In this document: piece by piece, positions 39,018-48,245 of the stretch | How the letters are laid out: each line of letters starts with the position of its first letter | Position numbering within the stretch: the stretch's first letter is position 1 | Origin: Candidatus Bathyarchaeota archaeon | GTDB taxonomy: Archaea > Thermoproteota > Bathyarchaeia > 40CM-2-53-6 | NCBI GenBank assembly: GCA_963726255.1 | Contig: CAVSBL010000002.1 | Span: 160,001-224,000, forward strand | DNA: 64,000 nt | Reading direction: 5' to 3' | Notes under the pieces: model-generated | What the model saw: only the letters and a program-made list of their open reading frames with translations | Told to the model about the DNA's origin: nothing | Database searches by the model: none | Program-made: the position numbers and the translations under genes

Positions 39018-39790
39018 GTGTCTCTTTCTACCAGCGTCCGTAGGCCGTTCAGTATTTTGGCTGAGTCGTTTCGGTCCACGCCCACGCTGATGACGAAGGC
39101 TCGTACGAATTCGAGTATCGTCTGCGTTTCGTCATGCGAAACGAATTGCGAATCAATTCGGTCAAAGGCTCGGTTCACTTCAGCCACTTGCCTAGGGTAG
39201 AGTTTCGCCCTCTCGGGCGGTTGAATCCTAGTCTCGGGTGGTTCCATCTCCTGTTGGGCTGGCTCTGCAGCGACTGGTAACTGGACTGGAGCTGGGGCAA
39301 GCCATCGCAATTTGGGAGCGCGCTTGGCTATTGCTGCGTCTATGCTCAGGCCCTGTTGCGGACCTGCCAAGAGGAGCGTCAACCAGCACAGTACGAACAC
39401 TATGTCAGAACCGAAGTAGAACGGAAAAGCGTTCCACGTGGCTGAAAGGAAGAACGTGAAATTAAGCAACAGCCCTGCAAACGCTGCGATTCGGTAGAGA
39501 AATCCAAGCAGCACGGCAACCCCGATGAGTGATTCCCCTACCGCGACCATATACCCGAACATGACTGCATTTGGTGCAACGACGCCCAACAGGAAGTCAT
39601 GGATCGGGGATCCTACCGCGTATTGAGCAACGAGGTGTCCAATGTATCCAGGTTTCGAGGGGTCAAAGTACGATGGGTCTGTGAGGTGTTGTAGGCCAGC
39701 GTACAGGAAGGTTGCACCCATGAATATGCGTAGGGGGAGAATCAGGTTCGCGGGCAGACCCGGTAGTTGCCTCTTACCTGAGGCTTTCAA
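38993..39790 (-). CDS. DoxD/DoxX-family membrane protein (TQO small-subunit-like)
   Basis: LRIFMG.TFLYAGL, GESLIGVAVLLG, SATW...P and GSDIVF motifs. Confidence 0.8.
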   Translation of the reverse strand: MKASGKRQLPGLPANLILPLRIFMGATFLYAGLQHLTDPSYFDPSKPGYIGHLVAQYAVGSPIHDFLLGVVAPNAVMFGYMVAVGESLIGVAVLLGFLYRIAAFAGLLLNFTFFLSATWNAFPFYFGSDIVFVLCWLTLLLAGPQQGLSIDAAIAKRAPKLRWLAPAPVQLPVAAEPAQQEMEPPETRIQPPERAKLYPRQVAEVNRAFDRIDSQFVSHDETQTILEFVRAFVISVGVDRNDSAKILNGLRTLVERDTWQQPQTE

Positions 39791-39932
39791 TTCAGAATTC
39801 GAACCCCATCACCTAATGCCGACCGGCTGAGCATTCAGTACTTGATAAAGACCACTCCGGCAGTCGATACCGTCACGGCATGCTAGTTGAATCTAAATAT
39901 CTCCACGAAGAAATCCCGGCCTCTGACAGGAA

Positions 39933-40244
39933 TTGAGGCTAAGCAAACGTCGAATCAAACTCCAACTCGCAAAAACGAGCGGTTGGCGGCTTACGGGCAG
40001 GGAAATTTCAAGAGCATTTGTGTTCGAGGATTTCGCTCAGAGCATTCGGTTCGTATCCCGAATCGCAAAGTATGCTGAATCGATGAATCATCACCCAGAC
40101 ATCCTAATCCGATACAACAAAGTCCGCCTTACGCTGACAACGCATGACGAAGGCGGCTTAACGATGAAGGATTTCAGGTTAGCCCAGAAAATCAACAGAA
40201 TCGTGAAGTACCAGCCGCGAACTAGAGAAGTTCAATCTCGATAA
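39933..40244 (+). CDS. Pterin-4a-carbinolamine dehydratase
   Basis: AESMNHHPD and [13 protein letters not shown] motifs. Confidence 0.93.
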   Translation: MRLSKRRIKLQLAKTSGWRLTGREISRAFVFEDFAQSIRFVSRIAKYAESMNHHPDILIRYNKVRLTLTTHDEGGLTMKDFRLAQKINRIVKYQPRTREVQSR

Positions 40245-40530
40245 AGACTTTCTCAGGGGTCTGAATCCGCATCAACCGTTTGAGAAAACGTTCGTTCGGG
40301 TCCACGTCGATCAAGCGTTTGTGGATCCGCATTTCCCAACTATCCCATGTATGTGTCCCTTCGCCACATGGGCTCTTTCGCGTCGGCACCCAAAGCCTCT
40401 TAGTCGGGAGCGGAATGGGCCCGCGCAGTTTCACACCCGTGCGGTCGGCGATCTTCATGATCTCGCTGCAAATGCTGTTCAAGCCCTGCGGGTCAGTGCT
40501 TGAAAGCCGAATTCTTGCCTTGTTTGCCAA
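40222..40530 (-). CDS. rps10: 30S ribosomal protein uS10
   Basis: GPIPLPT and [24 protein letters not shown] motifs. Confidence 0.97.
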   Translation of the reverse strand: MANKARIRLSSTDPQGLNSICSEIMKIADRTGVKLRGPIPLPTKRLWVPTRKSPCGEGTHTWDSWEMRIHKRLIDVDPNERFLKRLMRIQTPEKVFIEIELL

Positions 40531-40639
40531 CCGAGTCTTCCGTCCTTCTAGGTGCGAAACAGCTCCCTAGGCCGGTGGGGCCAATAAAAAGCGTTCGCTA
40601 GCCGGAGTGGACTTGAAAAATAAATTCGGCCTGAGAAGC

Positions 40640-41965
40640 TTACGCTTTCTTCTCAGGTATCTGCGCTTTCTGAGTGATCTCCTGAACTACGCCGACCGCG
40701 ATCGTGCTGCCCATATCGCGAATTGCGAACCGCCCAAGTTGCGGAATGTCGGAATATGATTCCACTGACAGCGGACGAAGCGGCTTTATCTTTACAAGGG
40801 CAGCGTCCCCAGTCTTTAAGAAGTCAGGCTTTTCTTGCGTGACTTGGCCGGAGCGCGCATCGATCTTCTGCAGCAGCTCGGTTAGGGTGGCTGAGGTGGT
40901 TGCCGTGTGCGCGTGAAGGACCGGTGTGTAGCCTGCAGCTATGGCGGTTGGGTGGAATACTACGATGATTCTGCCTATGAATTCGGCTGCAACCGTGGGT
41001 GGCTTGTTAGCGTGTCCCGCTACGTCGCCCCTGTGTATGTCCGTCTTTCCGATTCCCCTCACGTTGAAGCCAATGTTGTCTCCAGGGACGGCCTGTGGAA
41101 TCTTCGTGTGGTGGGTTTCAATGTCTTTGCATTCGCCTGTGGCGTTGGGTGGCATGAAGATGATGTTATCGCCAACCTTCATGACCCCTGTCTCAACCCG
41201 CCCTACTGGCACCGTTCCTATGCCAGTGATCGAGTAAACGTCTTGAACCGGAATCCGCAGAGGCTTGTCTGTTGGTTTCAGTGGCTCGGTGAATCCGTTC
41301 AACACTTCCAGTAATGTTGGGCCCTTGTACCAGGGCATCTTGGGTGACGGCTTCACGAGATTGTCGCCAAGCCACCCTGATACGGGGATGAATTTTATTT
41401 TTGATGTGTCGTACCCGACAACCTTCAGGAGGGCCTCCATTTCCTTACTGCACTCCTTGTACCTCTCCTCAGAATAGTTTGTTGTGGCGTCGTCCATTTT
41501 GTTGATGGCGACGGCTAGTTGGGCGACGCCTAAGGTTCGGGCTAGGTATGCGTGCTCTCGGGTCTGGCCTCCTGGGCCGACCCCGACTTCGAACTCGCCC
41601 TTCTTAGAGGACACGACGAGTATTGCAGCGTCGGCTTGGCTTGTGCCCGTAATCATGTTCTTGATGAAATCACGATGGCCAGGGGCGTCGATGATGGTGA
41701 AGAAGACCTTGTCGGTCTCGAATTTCTCGAACCTAAGGTCAATCGTGACACCACGTTCCCTCTCTTCCTTGAGCGTGTCGAGAACCCACGCGAACTTGAA
41801 AGTCTCCCCAGCTCCGAGTTTGTTTGACTCGTCAGCGTACTTGGCGATGGTCTTCTCGTCCACGTTCCCCGTATCAAAGAGTAGGTGGCCTGTCATCGTG
41901 CTCTTTCCATGGTCAACGTGACCGATGATGATCAGGTTCAGATGCGGCTTTTTGGCTGCAGACAT
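40640..41965 (-). CDS. tuf: Translation elongation factor EF-1alpha
   Basis: [26 protein letters not shown] and NKMD motifs. Confidence 0.98.
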   Translation of the reverse strand: MSAAKKPHLNLIIIGHVDHGKSTMTGHLLFDTGNVDEKTIAKYADESNKLGAGETFKFAWVLDTLKEERERGVTIDLRFEKFETDKVFFTIIDAPGHRDFIKNMITGTSQADAAILVVSSKKGEFEVGVGPGGQTREHAYLARTLGVAQLAVAINKMDDATTNYSEERYKECSKEMEALLKVVGYDTSKIKFIPVSGWLGDNLVKPSPKMPWYKGPTLLEVLNGFTEPLKPTDKPLRIPVQDVYSITGIGTVPVGRVETGVMKVGDNIIFMPPNATGECKDIETHHTKIPQAVPGDNIGFNVRGIGKTDIHRGDVAGHANKPPTVAAEFIGRIIVVFHPTAIAAGYTPVLHAHTATTSATLTELLQKIDARSGQVTQEKPDFLKTGDAALVKIKPLRPLSVESYSDIPQLGRFAIRDMGSTIAVGVVQEITQKAQIPEKKA

Positions 41966-42093
41966 GCTTCATCTTTCCAATTTGTCTGATGATTTGCTAG
42001 TCAAGACTGGCACCCGTATTTAAGGGTTAGAATATTACGAAAGAGGAAAAGTGCCCGGCCGGGGAATTTAGGAAAACCTTCGTCGGGATTTGA

Positions 42094-42678
42094 TTAACGC
42101 GATGCTAAAGCCACTCGTTCCATTTCATCTCGCTTTCTTACGGCGAAGCTTCTGTTGTCGCGTTGGGCGGCGTAGGTGATTTCTTCTGCGAGGCATTCAT
42201 CAATAGTCCTAGGGTTGCTGTAGGCTGCTTGGCGCGCGCCGTCAGTCATGAAGCGCAAGGACATGTCGATTCTTCTAAGAGGGGCTATGTCAATGGAGAT
42301 GGGGTAGACAATTCCACCATAAGCTATTCGGGTGACATCCTCCGCCGGGGCTGTATTCTCCACGGCCTTCACGAGAACTTCTACCGGGTTCTTGCCGGTC
42401 TTCAGGCTGATTATGTCAAGCGCGTTTCGAACAATGCCAATTGCTTTGGTCTTCTTACCGCCTACCCTGCCGTGGCGCATCATGTTGTTGACAAGGCGTT
42501 CCACAATGTTGAGGGAGGCCTTTCGAAAGCGTTTATGCTCATGTCGCCCGCCGCTGTGCGGAAAAAGAATGGGTGTGACTGAGAGATATTTCTCGAGGCC
42601 CGGGTCTATAACTTCAATATTATCAGTGCTCCATTTCTCGAAGATCTTGATTTCCGGTGGCTTACGACTCATGGGCAC
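42094..42678 (-). CDS. rps7: 30S ribosomal protein uS7
   Basis: PHSGGRH, IVERLVN and KRDEMERVALASR motifs. Confidence 0.97.
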   Translation of the reverse strand: MPMSRKPPEIKIFEKWSTDNIEVIDPGLEKYLSVTPILFPHSGGRHEHKRFRKASLNIVERLVNNMMRHGRVGGKKTKAIGIVRNALDIISLKTGKNPVEVLVKAVENTAPAEDVTRIAYGGIVYPISIDIAPLRRIDMSLRFMTDGARQAAYSNPRTIDECLAEEITYAAQRDNRSFAVRKRDEMERVALASR

Positions 42679-42759
42679 AGACCTGATGTGAACTGAATTT
42701 TCGATAGCCTACAATCGGTCGCCGTATTAAGCGTTAACGATTTGAGGGGAGAACAAAAT

Positions 42760-43085
42760 GGCGATGGCAGCATCCCCGTTGAATTGGCATTCCACGCCCT
42801 AGCGGTTTCTCCAAAACCTCCTAAACTCTGTTATCCCATCAGCGCCTTGGCGCTCGCCTTACGACTGCTCTCTTCCGAGCCTCATCGGGTTCGACGATGA
42901 AGAGATGAATTCTTCCCTTCAGAAGGATTCTCCCCTGCGCTGGCCCGGTGGGGCAGAGTCTCATTGTTGGCTTTGGAAGCCTACTAAGGTTAGGAGATGA
43001 CTCTCCCTCGGGTTAACGGGTCCCCGCGTATAGCCGATTTCGGGTCACAGGGAACGGCTGGCTCCCCGATCCTCCTGCCATCGCC
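42760..43085 (-). ncRNA. ffs: Archaeal SRP (7S) RNA
   Basis: Helix 1 GGCGATGGCAG/CTGCCATCGCC; Alu-like GGGGAGCCAGCCGTTCCCTGTGACCCGAAATCGG; helix 8 GAGGCTC-GGAA-GAGAGCA; TTTATA box about 25 nt upstream. Confidence 0.92.
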
Positions 43086-43148
43086 GGATGATTCTCAACT
43101 TAGTTGTCATATAAATGCGGCAGTGATGGCGCACGGGGTTGGTTAAGC

Positions 43149-44072
43149 TCAAGCTGCGATGGCTTCGAGCATTATGCATGCTTCGCATAGCTGGTGCGGC
43201 GTTGGGTCGCCGCATTTCTCGCATTGATGCAACTCCAAGAGCGGTACTGTCTCAGCCAATGCGTCCCGTAGCCTCTCGGCGGTCCTTTGCAAGGTGAACT
43301 TGCTTCCCGGATGCTTCTGCTCCAGCTGGTTGAGGAAGGAGCGAATGTCGTTTCTTAGGGCATCATGCCCATGTGGGCATTCGATACTCTGAAATTCAAT
43401 CCCGCTCAAGTATGCGTAGAGAACTACTTCCTTCTCAGGCATGTCGCAAAGGGGCTTGAGCCGCGGAAGGAATTTACCCCTAGGGTCTCGAAGGACTGGG
43501 CCCGAGCGAACAATCCTCATCGGGTCGCCATGCAACATGTTCAGAAGAACCGTCTGTACTTCATCATCCAGGTTATGCGCGGTCGCGATTTTTGTGGCCC
43601 CAATATTAACGGCGGCTTTGTTGATGGCCTTACGCCTAAGTACGCCGCAGAATGAGCACGGGGTCTGACCCATCTTCATTCTTACGATCTCGTCGGTCGT
43701 AACACCGAAGAGTTCACGGTACGATACCACGACGTGTTCGACGTTGAGCTGCCGACAGGCGTTACGAGCGAGTTCGAGGCCCTCATCCCTGTATCCTTCG
43801 ATGCCTTCGTCCACGCTGATGGCGGTGAGATGGCTTTTGGGAAACCGCCCTTCCAACTTCACCAGGACATTGAGCAGAGTTAAGCTGTCTTTGCCACCGG
43901 ACACGGCGACAGCGACATGGTCGTCGTACTCTAGCATGTGGTTGTGTGTGATTGTTTTGCGTACCTTCTCTTCTAGGGCTTGGCGAAAGCACTTGCAGCA
44001 GAAGGAAACGCCTTCATACTGGCGAGTGTAGACCGCGCTTCCTGAACAGAATGTGCAAGTTGCAACTTGCAA
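43149..44072 (-). CDS. tRNA 2-thiolation protein (TtuA/Ncs6, TIGR00269-like)
   Basis: SGGKDS, CSFCGVLRR, HNLDDE and N- and C-terminal Zn fingers. Confidence 0.9.
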   Translation of the reverse strand: MQVATCTFCSGSAVYTRQYEGVSFCCKCFRQALEEKVRKTITHNHMLEYDDHVAVAVSGGKDSLTLLNVLVKLEGRFPKSHLTAISVDEGIEGYRDEGLELARNACRQLNVEHVVVSYRELFGVTTDEIVRMKMGQTPCSFCGVLRRKAINKAAVNIGATKIATAHNLDDEVQTVLLNMLHGDPMRIVRSGPVLRDPRGKFLPRLKPLCDMPEKEVVLYAYLSGIEFQSIECPHGHDALRNDIRSFLNQLEQKHPGSKFTLQRTAERLRDALAETVPLLELHQCEKCGDPTPHQLCEACIMLEAIAA

Positions 44073-44076
44073 CTGC

Positions 44077-45249
44077 TTAGAACCTCAGGAAACCAAACCT
44101 GAGAAATGAGAACGCAATATTCAGAGCAAGGATGGAGTAAGCTGCGAGATTTGCTGCCGTACGAATTTCCTTCCTTCTACTAACTCCGAATACGTTGAGG
44201 GCTGTATCTAGGAATTTGTCTCCATCGAACGGGTACATGGGAAGCATGTTGATCAATGCGACGCTGACGAGGACGATTGAAAGCCAGAATTCCGCATGCT
44301 GAAGTATTGGAGGAAAGTCGCTTGAAAGGCCTGGGACCTTCGGGTTGTAGACTATGTTGTCTGTCAACCCGCTTATTCCGATGAGGGCATGGCTTGAGTT
44401 GGTTTGGTCCACGCCTGTTGTTACCGGGAAGCTGCCGCGTTGCGTCCCAACAACAATCTCTTGCCCAGGAACCACATTCGACATGTACTGACGTAGGTCA
44501 TTGATGCTCGTGATTCTTGTCCCATTTATGCTGGTCACTACATCACCGTCTTGCAATCCGGAAGAATGCGCGGGGAGGTTCGCCGGGACCGAGCCGATGG
44601 CAACGCCTGTTGAAGCAACGGTGTAGAATGGGGTAATTGTCGCCGAGAAGTTCACCAAAAGAAGAATGCAAAGTACTCCGAGTACGGCGTTTGTGAACGA
44701 ACCTGCCGCGAAGACCCGTAGCTTTGTTATGTCCTTAGCCTGGTTCAATTTCTCCTCGTCGGGTTCAACGAACCCTCCCATCAGTACGTGTGCGAAGAAG
44801 GCACCGGTGGATTTGAGCGGAACGTGGTCGGCAAGGCTCGCAATTCCGTGAGAGAGCTCATGAGTCACCACCACAACCGACAGGGCAAAGACAAGGTACG
44901 GAAAGGTTTCGAAACTCACGAAAACACCGGGGAGTGGGACTATGGGTTGAATCGAGACGGCCTGTTGCGTTCGATAGAAGAGGTTGAGCAGGTTAGTTAC
45001 AAGCTGGTAGAAGATGAAAGCCATTGCGCCTACCACAGTTACGACGCCAATGTTCCAGAAGGTTCGCCAGACCTTGGGCTTTGAATTCGAAATCCTCTCA
45101 ATTACGTTGTTCAACCGTGTCGTTCGGTAAATTATGTAGAATGGTAGGCCAGAGACGCCGAACCTCTCCGCTTTGAACGCCCACCACGCAATGGTAATGA
45201 TGACCCATATCGCGATGTAGACGGCGAAGAAGGAAAAAACGGATGCCAT
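44077..45249 (-). CDS. Site-2 protease (M50) with PDZ domain
   Basis: HELSH, GFVEPD, AAGSFTN and NMLP..PFDG motifs. Confidence 0.93.
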   Translation of the reverse strand: MASVFSFFAVYIAIWVIITIAWWAFKAERFGVSGLPFYIIYRTTRLNNVIERISNSKPKVWRTFWNIGVVTVVGAMAFIFYQLVTNLLNLFYRTQQAVSIQPIVPLPGVFVSFETFPYLVFALSVVVVTHELSHGIASLADHVPLKSTGAFFAHVLMGGFVEPDEEKLNQAKDITKLRVFAAGSFTNAVLGVLCILLLVNFSATITPFYTVASTGVAIGSVPANLPAHSSGLQDGDVVTSINGTRITSINDLRQYMSNVVPGQEIVVGTQRGSFPVTTGVDQTNSSHALIGISGLTDNIVYNPKVPGLSSDFPPILQHAEFWLSIVLVSVALINMLPMYPFDGDKFLDTALNVFGVSRRKEIRTAANLAAYSILALNIAFSFLRFGFLRF

Positions 45250-45306
45250 TCGAATTCTTCGGCAGTGAAATTAGGGTGTTCAACTAAAACCTTTCTGGGG
45301 CGCAAA

Positions 45307-45621
45307 ATGCCGCGAATCATCGTCCTCTCGACATGTGGAAGCACGCAAGAAGCCCGCATGATAGCGCGGGATTTGCTCGAAAGGAAACTTGCTGCTTGTG
45401 TCAACATTCTCCAAGTCAGTTCTTGCTACAGATGGAAGCGAAAGATAGTGAAAGAGCACGAATGGCTGATGATAATCAAAACAAACTCGAAGATTTTCCC
45501 AAAGGTGAAACAGCGAATTCTTGCTCTGCATAGCTATGAGGTACCAGAGGTGGTATCTCTTAAAATCGACAGCGGCTCTCAACCATACCTTGCATGGCTG
45601 GACAGGGAGCTACTTAGCTAA
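45307..45621 (+). CDS. cutA: Divalent-cation tolerance protein CutA
   Basis: KLAACVN, HSYEVPEV and YLAW motifs. Confidence 0.92.
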   Translation: MPRIIVLSTCGSTQEARMIARDLLERKLAACVNILQVSSCYRWKRKIVKEHEWLMIIKTNSKIFPKVKQRILALHSYEVPEVVSLKIDSGSQPYLAWLDRELLS

Positions 45622-45713
45622 GAGTAGTTTCACGGTTGGAACTTCGGCACTTGGTCGATTTTTTCTTCTGATGTTTGAGAAATTCGGGGAACGCTTAATA
45701 GGCCGCCGCAAAT

Positions 45714-45890
45714 ATGCGCGAGCCCTTAGTCGGGAAAAAACCATTGACGCCGGAAGAAGAAGACAAAGTAGTCGAAGCGCTTGAGGAGTTGCGAATAAAC
45801 TATAACCTTAGACAGTGGCGTGTCTGTTCACTGATATGCGAGTCACTCGCAGACAAGTTCCGTTCAGTAGCTAAGACTGAGAACAAGTAA
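45714..45890 (+). CDS. 58-aa hypothetical protein
   Basis: MREPLVGKKPLTPEEEDKVVEALEELRINYNLRQWRVCSLICESLADKFRSVAKTENK; protein-like helical composition; fills the gap; below the ORF-track cutoff. Confidence 0.6.
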   Translation: MREPLVGKKPLTPEEEDKVVEALEELRINYNLRQWRVCSLICESLADKFRSVAKTENK

Positions 45891-45899
45891 CCTGGGCTG

Positions 45900-46178
45900 C
45901 TAGAGTTCCTTCAGCCTCTTGTAGAAATCTATTAACGCCTTAGTTTTCTCTTCGGCTTCGTTAAGCGTAAAAATCTTCATACCTTTATCGAATCTCTCGT
46001 AGAGAATTATCTTCTCCTTAACTAGTGGCTGAACAATTCTGGCGATTGTTGAAGGGGACAAGCCGAGAAGGTTCGCTAGGACTGCCTGGTTGAATACACG
46101 CTGCGCCCCTGCGTTCTCCAAGAAATATTCCAGGAGCTTGACCTGCGCTTTGGATTGGAAGACGTCGCTTAGTTTCAA
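45900..46178 (-). CDS. Winged-helix HTH protein
   Basis: NQAVLANLLGLSPSTIARIV helix-turn-helix. Confidence 0.8.
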   Translation of the reverse strand: MKLSDVFQSKAQVKLLEYFLENAGAQRVFNQAVLANLLGLSPSTIARIVQPLVKEKIILYERFDKGMKIFTLNEAEEKTKALIDFYKRLKEL

Positions 46179-46190
46179 GGAGCTGACCGC

Positions 46191-46868
46191 CTAGCCTGGC
46201 ACAACGCGAGTTCCTACCTGTTCGTTCCTTAACGCCCGGGTGACATTTGCTGGGGTTCGACCATCCAGGATTACTGTCGGGATCTTTGAGCGGGCTATGA
46301 TGCGTAGGGCGAGGGGGTCCATGAGGTCGTAGGCGCCGGCCGTCATGTCGGCGTTGGACAGGATTTGTGTTAGTTCGCTGACGGTGACTTCTTCCAGTTT
46401 CTTAGCTTTCTTATCCTTGCTTGGGTCGGTGGTGAAGACGCCTTCAACATTTGTGGCGTTCACGAAGAGCTCTGCACCGACCGTTTCGGCAGCGATTGCA
46501 GCCACTGCGTTGGTCGAGTGGCCAGGTGTGAGTCCGCCCATGGCCACGATTTTTCCGGATGCAAAGTAATGTTTCAACTCGCCGATGTTCACAGGGATTT
46601 CCGGAAAGGCGTACTCCCCCAAACCATCTACCAAGAGCCGTGCGTTCAGCCTGCTTACGAGTATGCCTATTTGATCGCATAGCGATTCCGAGACGCCCAT
46701 GTCACGAGCGGCTTTGATGTATGTGCGAGCGATTCTGCCTCCACCGGTGACAACTACGAGGTCGTATTCCCCAATCAGTTGCTTTAGCAGCTTCACGTAT
46801 TCGTTAACGAGAAGCTTTCCGGGTTCACCTGGAAAGGCGAATCCGCCGAGCTTCACGACCGCTTTCAA
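46191..46868 (-). CDS. pyrH: Uridylate kinase
   Basis: KLGG, GGGRIAR.YI, PGHSTNAVAA and TNVEGV motifs. Confidence 0.95.
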   Translation of the reverse strand: MKAVVKLGGFAFPGEPGKLLVNEYVKLLKQLIGEYDLVVVTGGGRIARTYIKAARDMGVSESLCDQIGILVSRLNARLLVDGLGEYAFPEIPVNIGELKHYFASGKIVAMGGLTPGHSTNAVAAIAAETVGAELFVNATNVEGVFTTDPSKDKKAKKLEEVTVSELTQILSNADMTAGAYDLMDPLALRIIARSKIPTVILDGRTPANVTRALRNEQVGTRVVPG

Positions 46869-46973
46869 AATTCAGACCCGTCTTCATACTATTTCCTGGG
46901 TGTTATTTGATTTCTGAAGCTCGGCGTGATTAACCAACCTATATAAAATCCCGAAGGCTACCCATGCGCAAAC

Positions 46974-48245
46974 GTGTTTCCAATGTCGAATACGGCCATT
47001 TCGGATTCTGTGTCCCGTTTTAGGCTGAAACGGACATTGGAAATGCTGGATTCGAAGGAAGGGCGGGGCACCGAGCTCATAAGCCTCTACGTTCCGCCGG
47101 GGCGAAGGATCCACGAGGTGATGGCTAACCTGCGTGAGGAGTACGGTACGGCCTCCAACATCAAATCACGTACAACGCGAAAGAACGTTATGGAGGCGAT
47201 TGAAAGGGTGCAGCAACGCCTGAAACTGTTCAGAGAACCGCCGAAGAATGGGTTGGTTATCTTCTGCGGCGCAATTCCACATGGCGGCCCCGGGACGGAG
47301 AAGATGGAAACCTATGTTCTGGAGCCACCCGAGCCAATCAACGTTTACTTCTACCGATGCGACGCGAAGTTTCACATTGAACCTTTAGTGGAGATGGCTA
47401 CGGAGCGGGATGCTTTCGGGGTCATAGTCATTGATTCCACCGAGGCCGTTGTCGGCATGGTAAGGGGCCAAAGGATGGAGGTTCTGCGGGAATTCACCTC
47501 AGGCATACCGGGCAAGCATCGAGCGGGCGGCCAATCAGCCAGGCGTTTCGAGCGTATCCGGGAGCAGGCTATGAACGATTACTTCAGAAGGGTTGGAACA
47601 CACGCCTACGAGCTGCTAGTTAAGGTTCAGGGTTTGAAAGGCCTGATCATAGGTGGGCCGGGTCCGACGAAGCAGGACTTCGTGGAAGGGGACTACTTGA
47701 ACTACATGCTGAAGGAGAAGATTATGGCCACTGTTGACACGTCCTACGTTGGCGAGCAGGGCGTCGAAGAGATAATTTCCAAGAGCCAAGACGTCCTCAA
47801 AGGCGTCAGGTACCTGGAAGAAAAACGCCTCGTCCAGAAATTCCTCTATGAAATCGGCCATGAAACTGGCCTAGGGGTTTACGGGGAGACCCAGGTTAGA
47901 AAATTCCTGAACGCAGGAATAGTTGAGCTTCTGCTCGTTTCCGAGAAGATGAACATTCTGCACGTCTATACGAAATGTAAGAACTGCGGTGCCGTTGATG
48001 ATTCGCTGATACCGCAAGCAAACCTGGTTAAATTCGAACAGGACCTGATGGGTAGTCCCTGCAAGAAGTGCAACGCAACAGCCCTCTACATTGAGAATAC
48101 CAAAGATCTGGTTGACGAACTTATCGAGATTGCGGAGAAACAGAACGCCAACATCGCTGTTATATCGACCGAAACCAATGAGGGTGTGATGTTGAAGGAT
48201 TCCTTTGGTGGAATCGCCGCGATCCTTCGCTACAAAGCGTCTTAA
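46974..48245 (+). CDS. prf1: Peptide chain release factor aRF1
   Basis: GTELISL, TASNIKS, YRCD and GGQS motifs; start may be ATG 46983. Confidence 0.97.
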   Translation: MFPMSNTAISDSVSRFRLKRTLEMLDSKEGRGTELISLYVPPGRRIHEVMANLREEYGTASNIKSRTTRKNVMEAIERVQQRLKLFREPPKNGLVIFCGAIPHGGPGTEKMETYVLEPPEPINVYFYRCDAKFHIEPLVEMATERDAFGVIVIDSTEAVVGMVRGQRMEVLREFTSGIPGKHRAGGQSARRFERIREQAMNDYFRRVGTHAYELLVKVQGLKGLIIGGPGPTKQDFVEGDYLNYMLKEKIMATVDTSYVGEQGVEEIISKSQDVLKGVRYLEEKRLVQKFLYEIGHETGLGVYGETQVRKFLNAGIVELLLVSEKMNILHVYTKCKNCGAVDDSLIPQANLVKFEQDLMGSPCKKCNATALYIENTKDLVDELIEIAEKQNANIAVISTETNEGVMLKDSFGGIAAILRYKAS

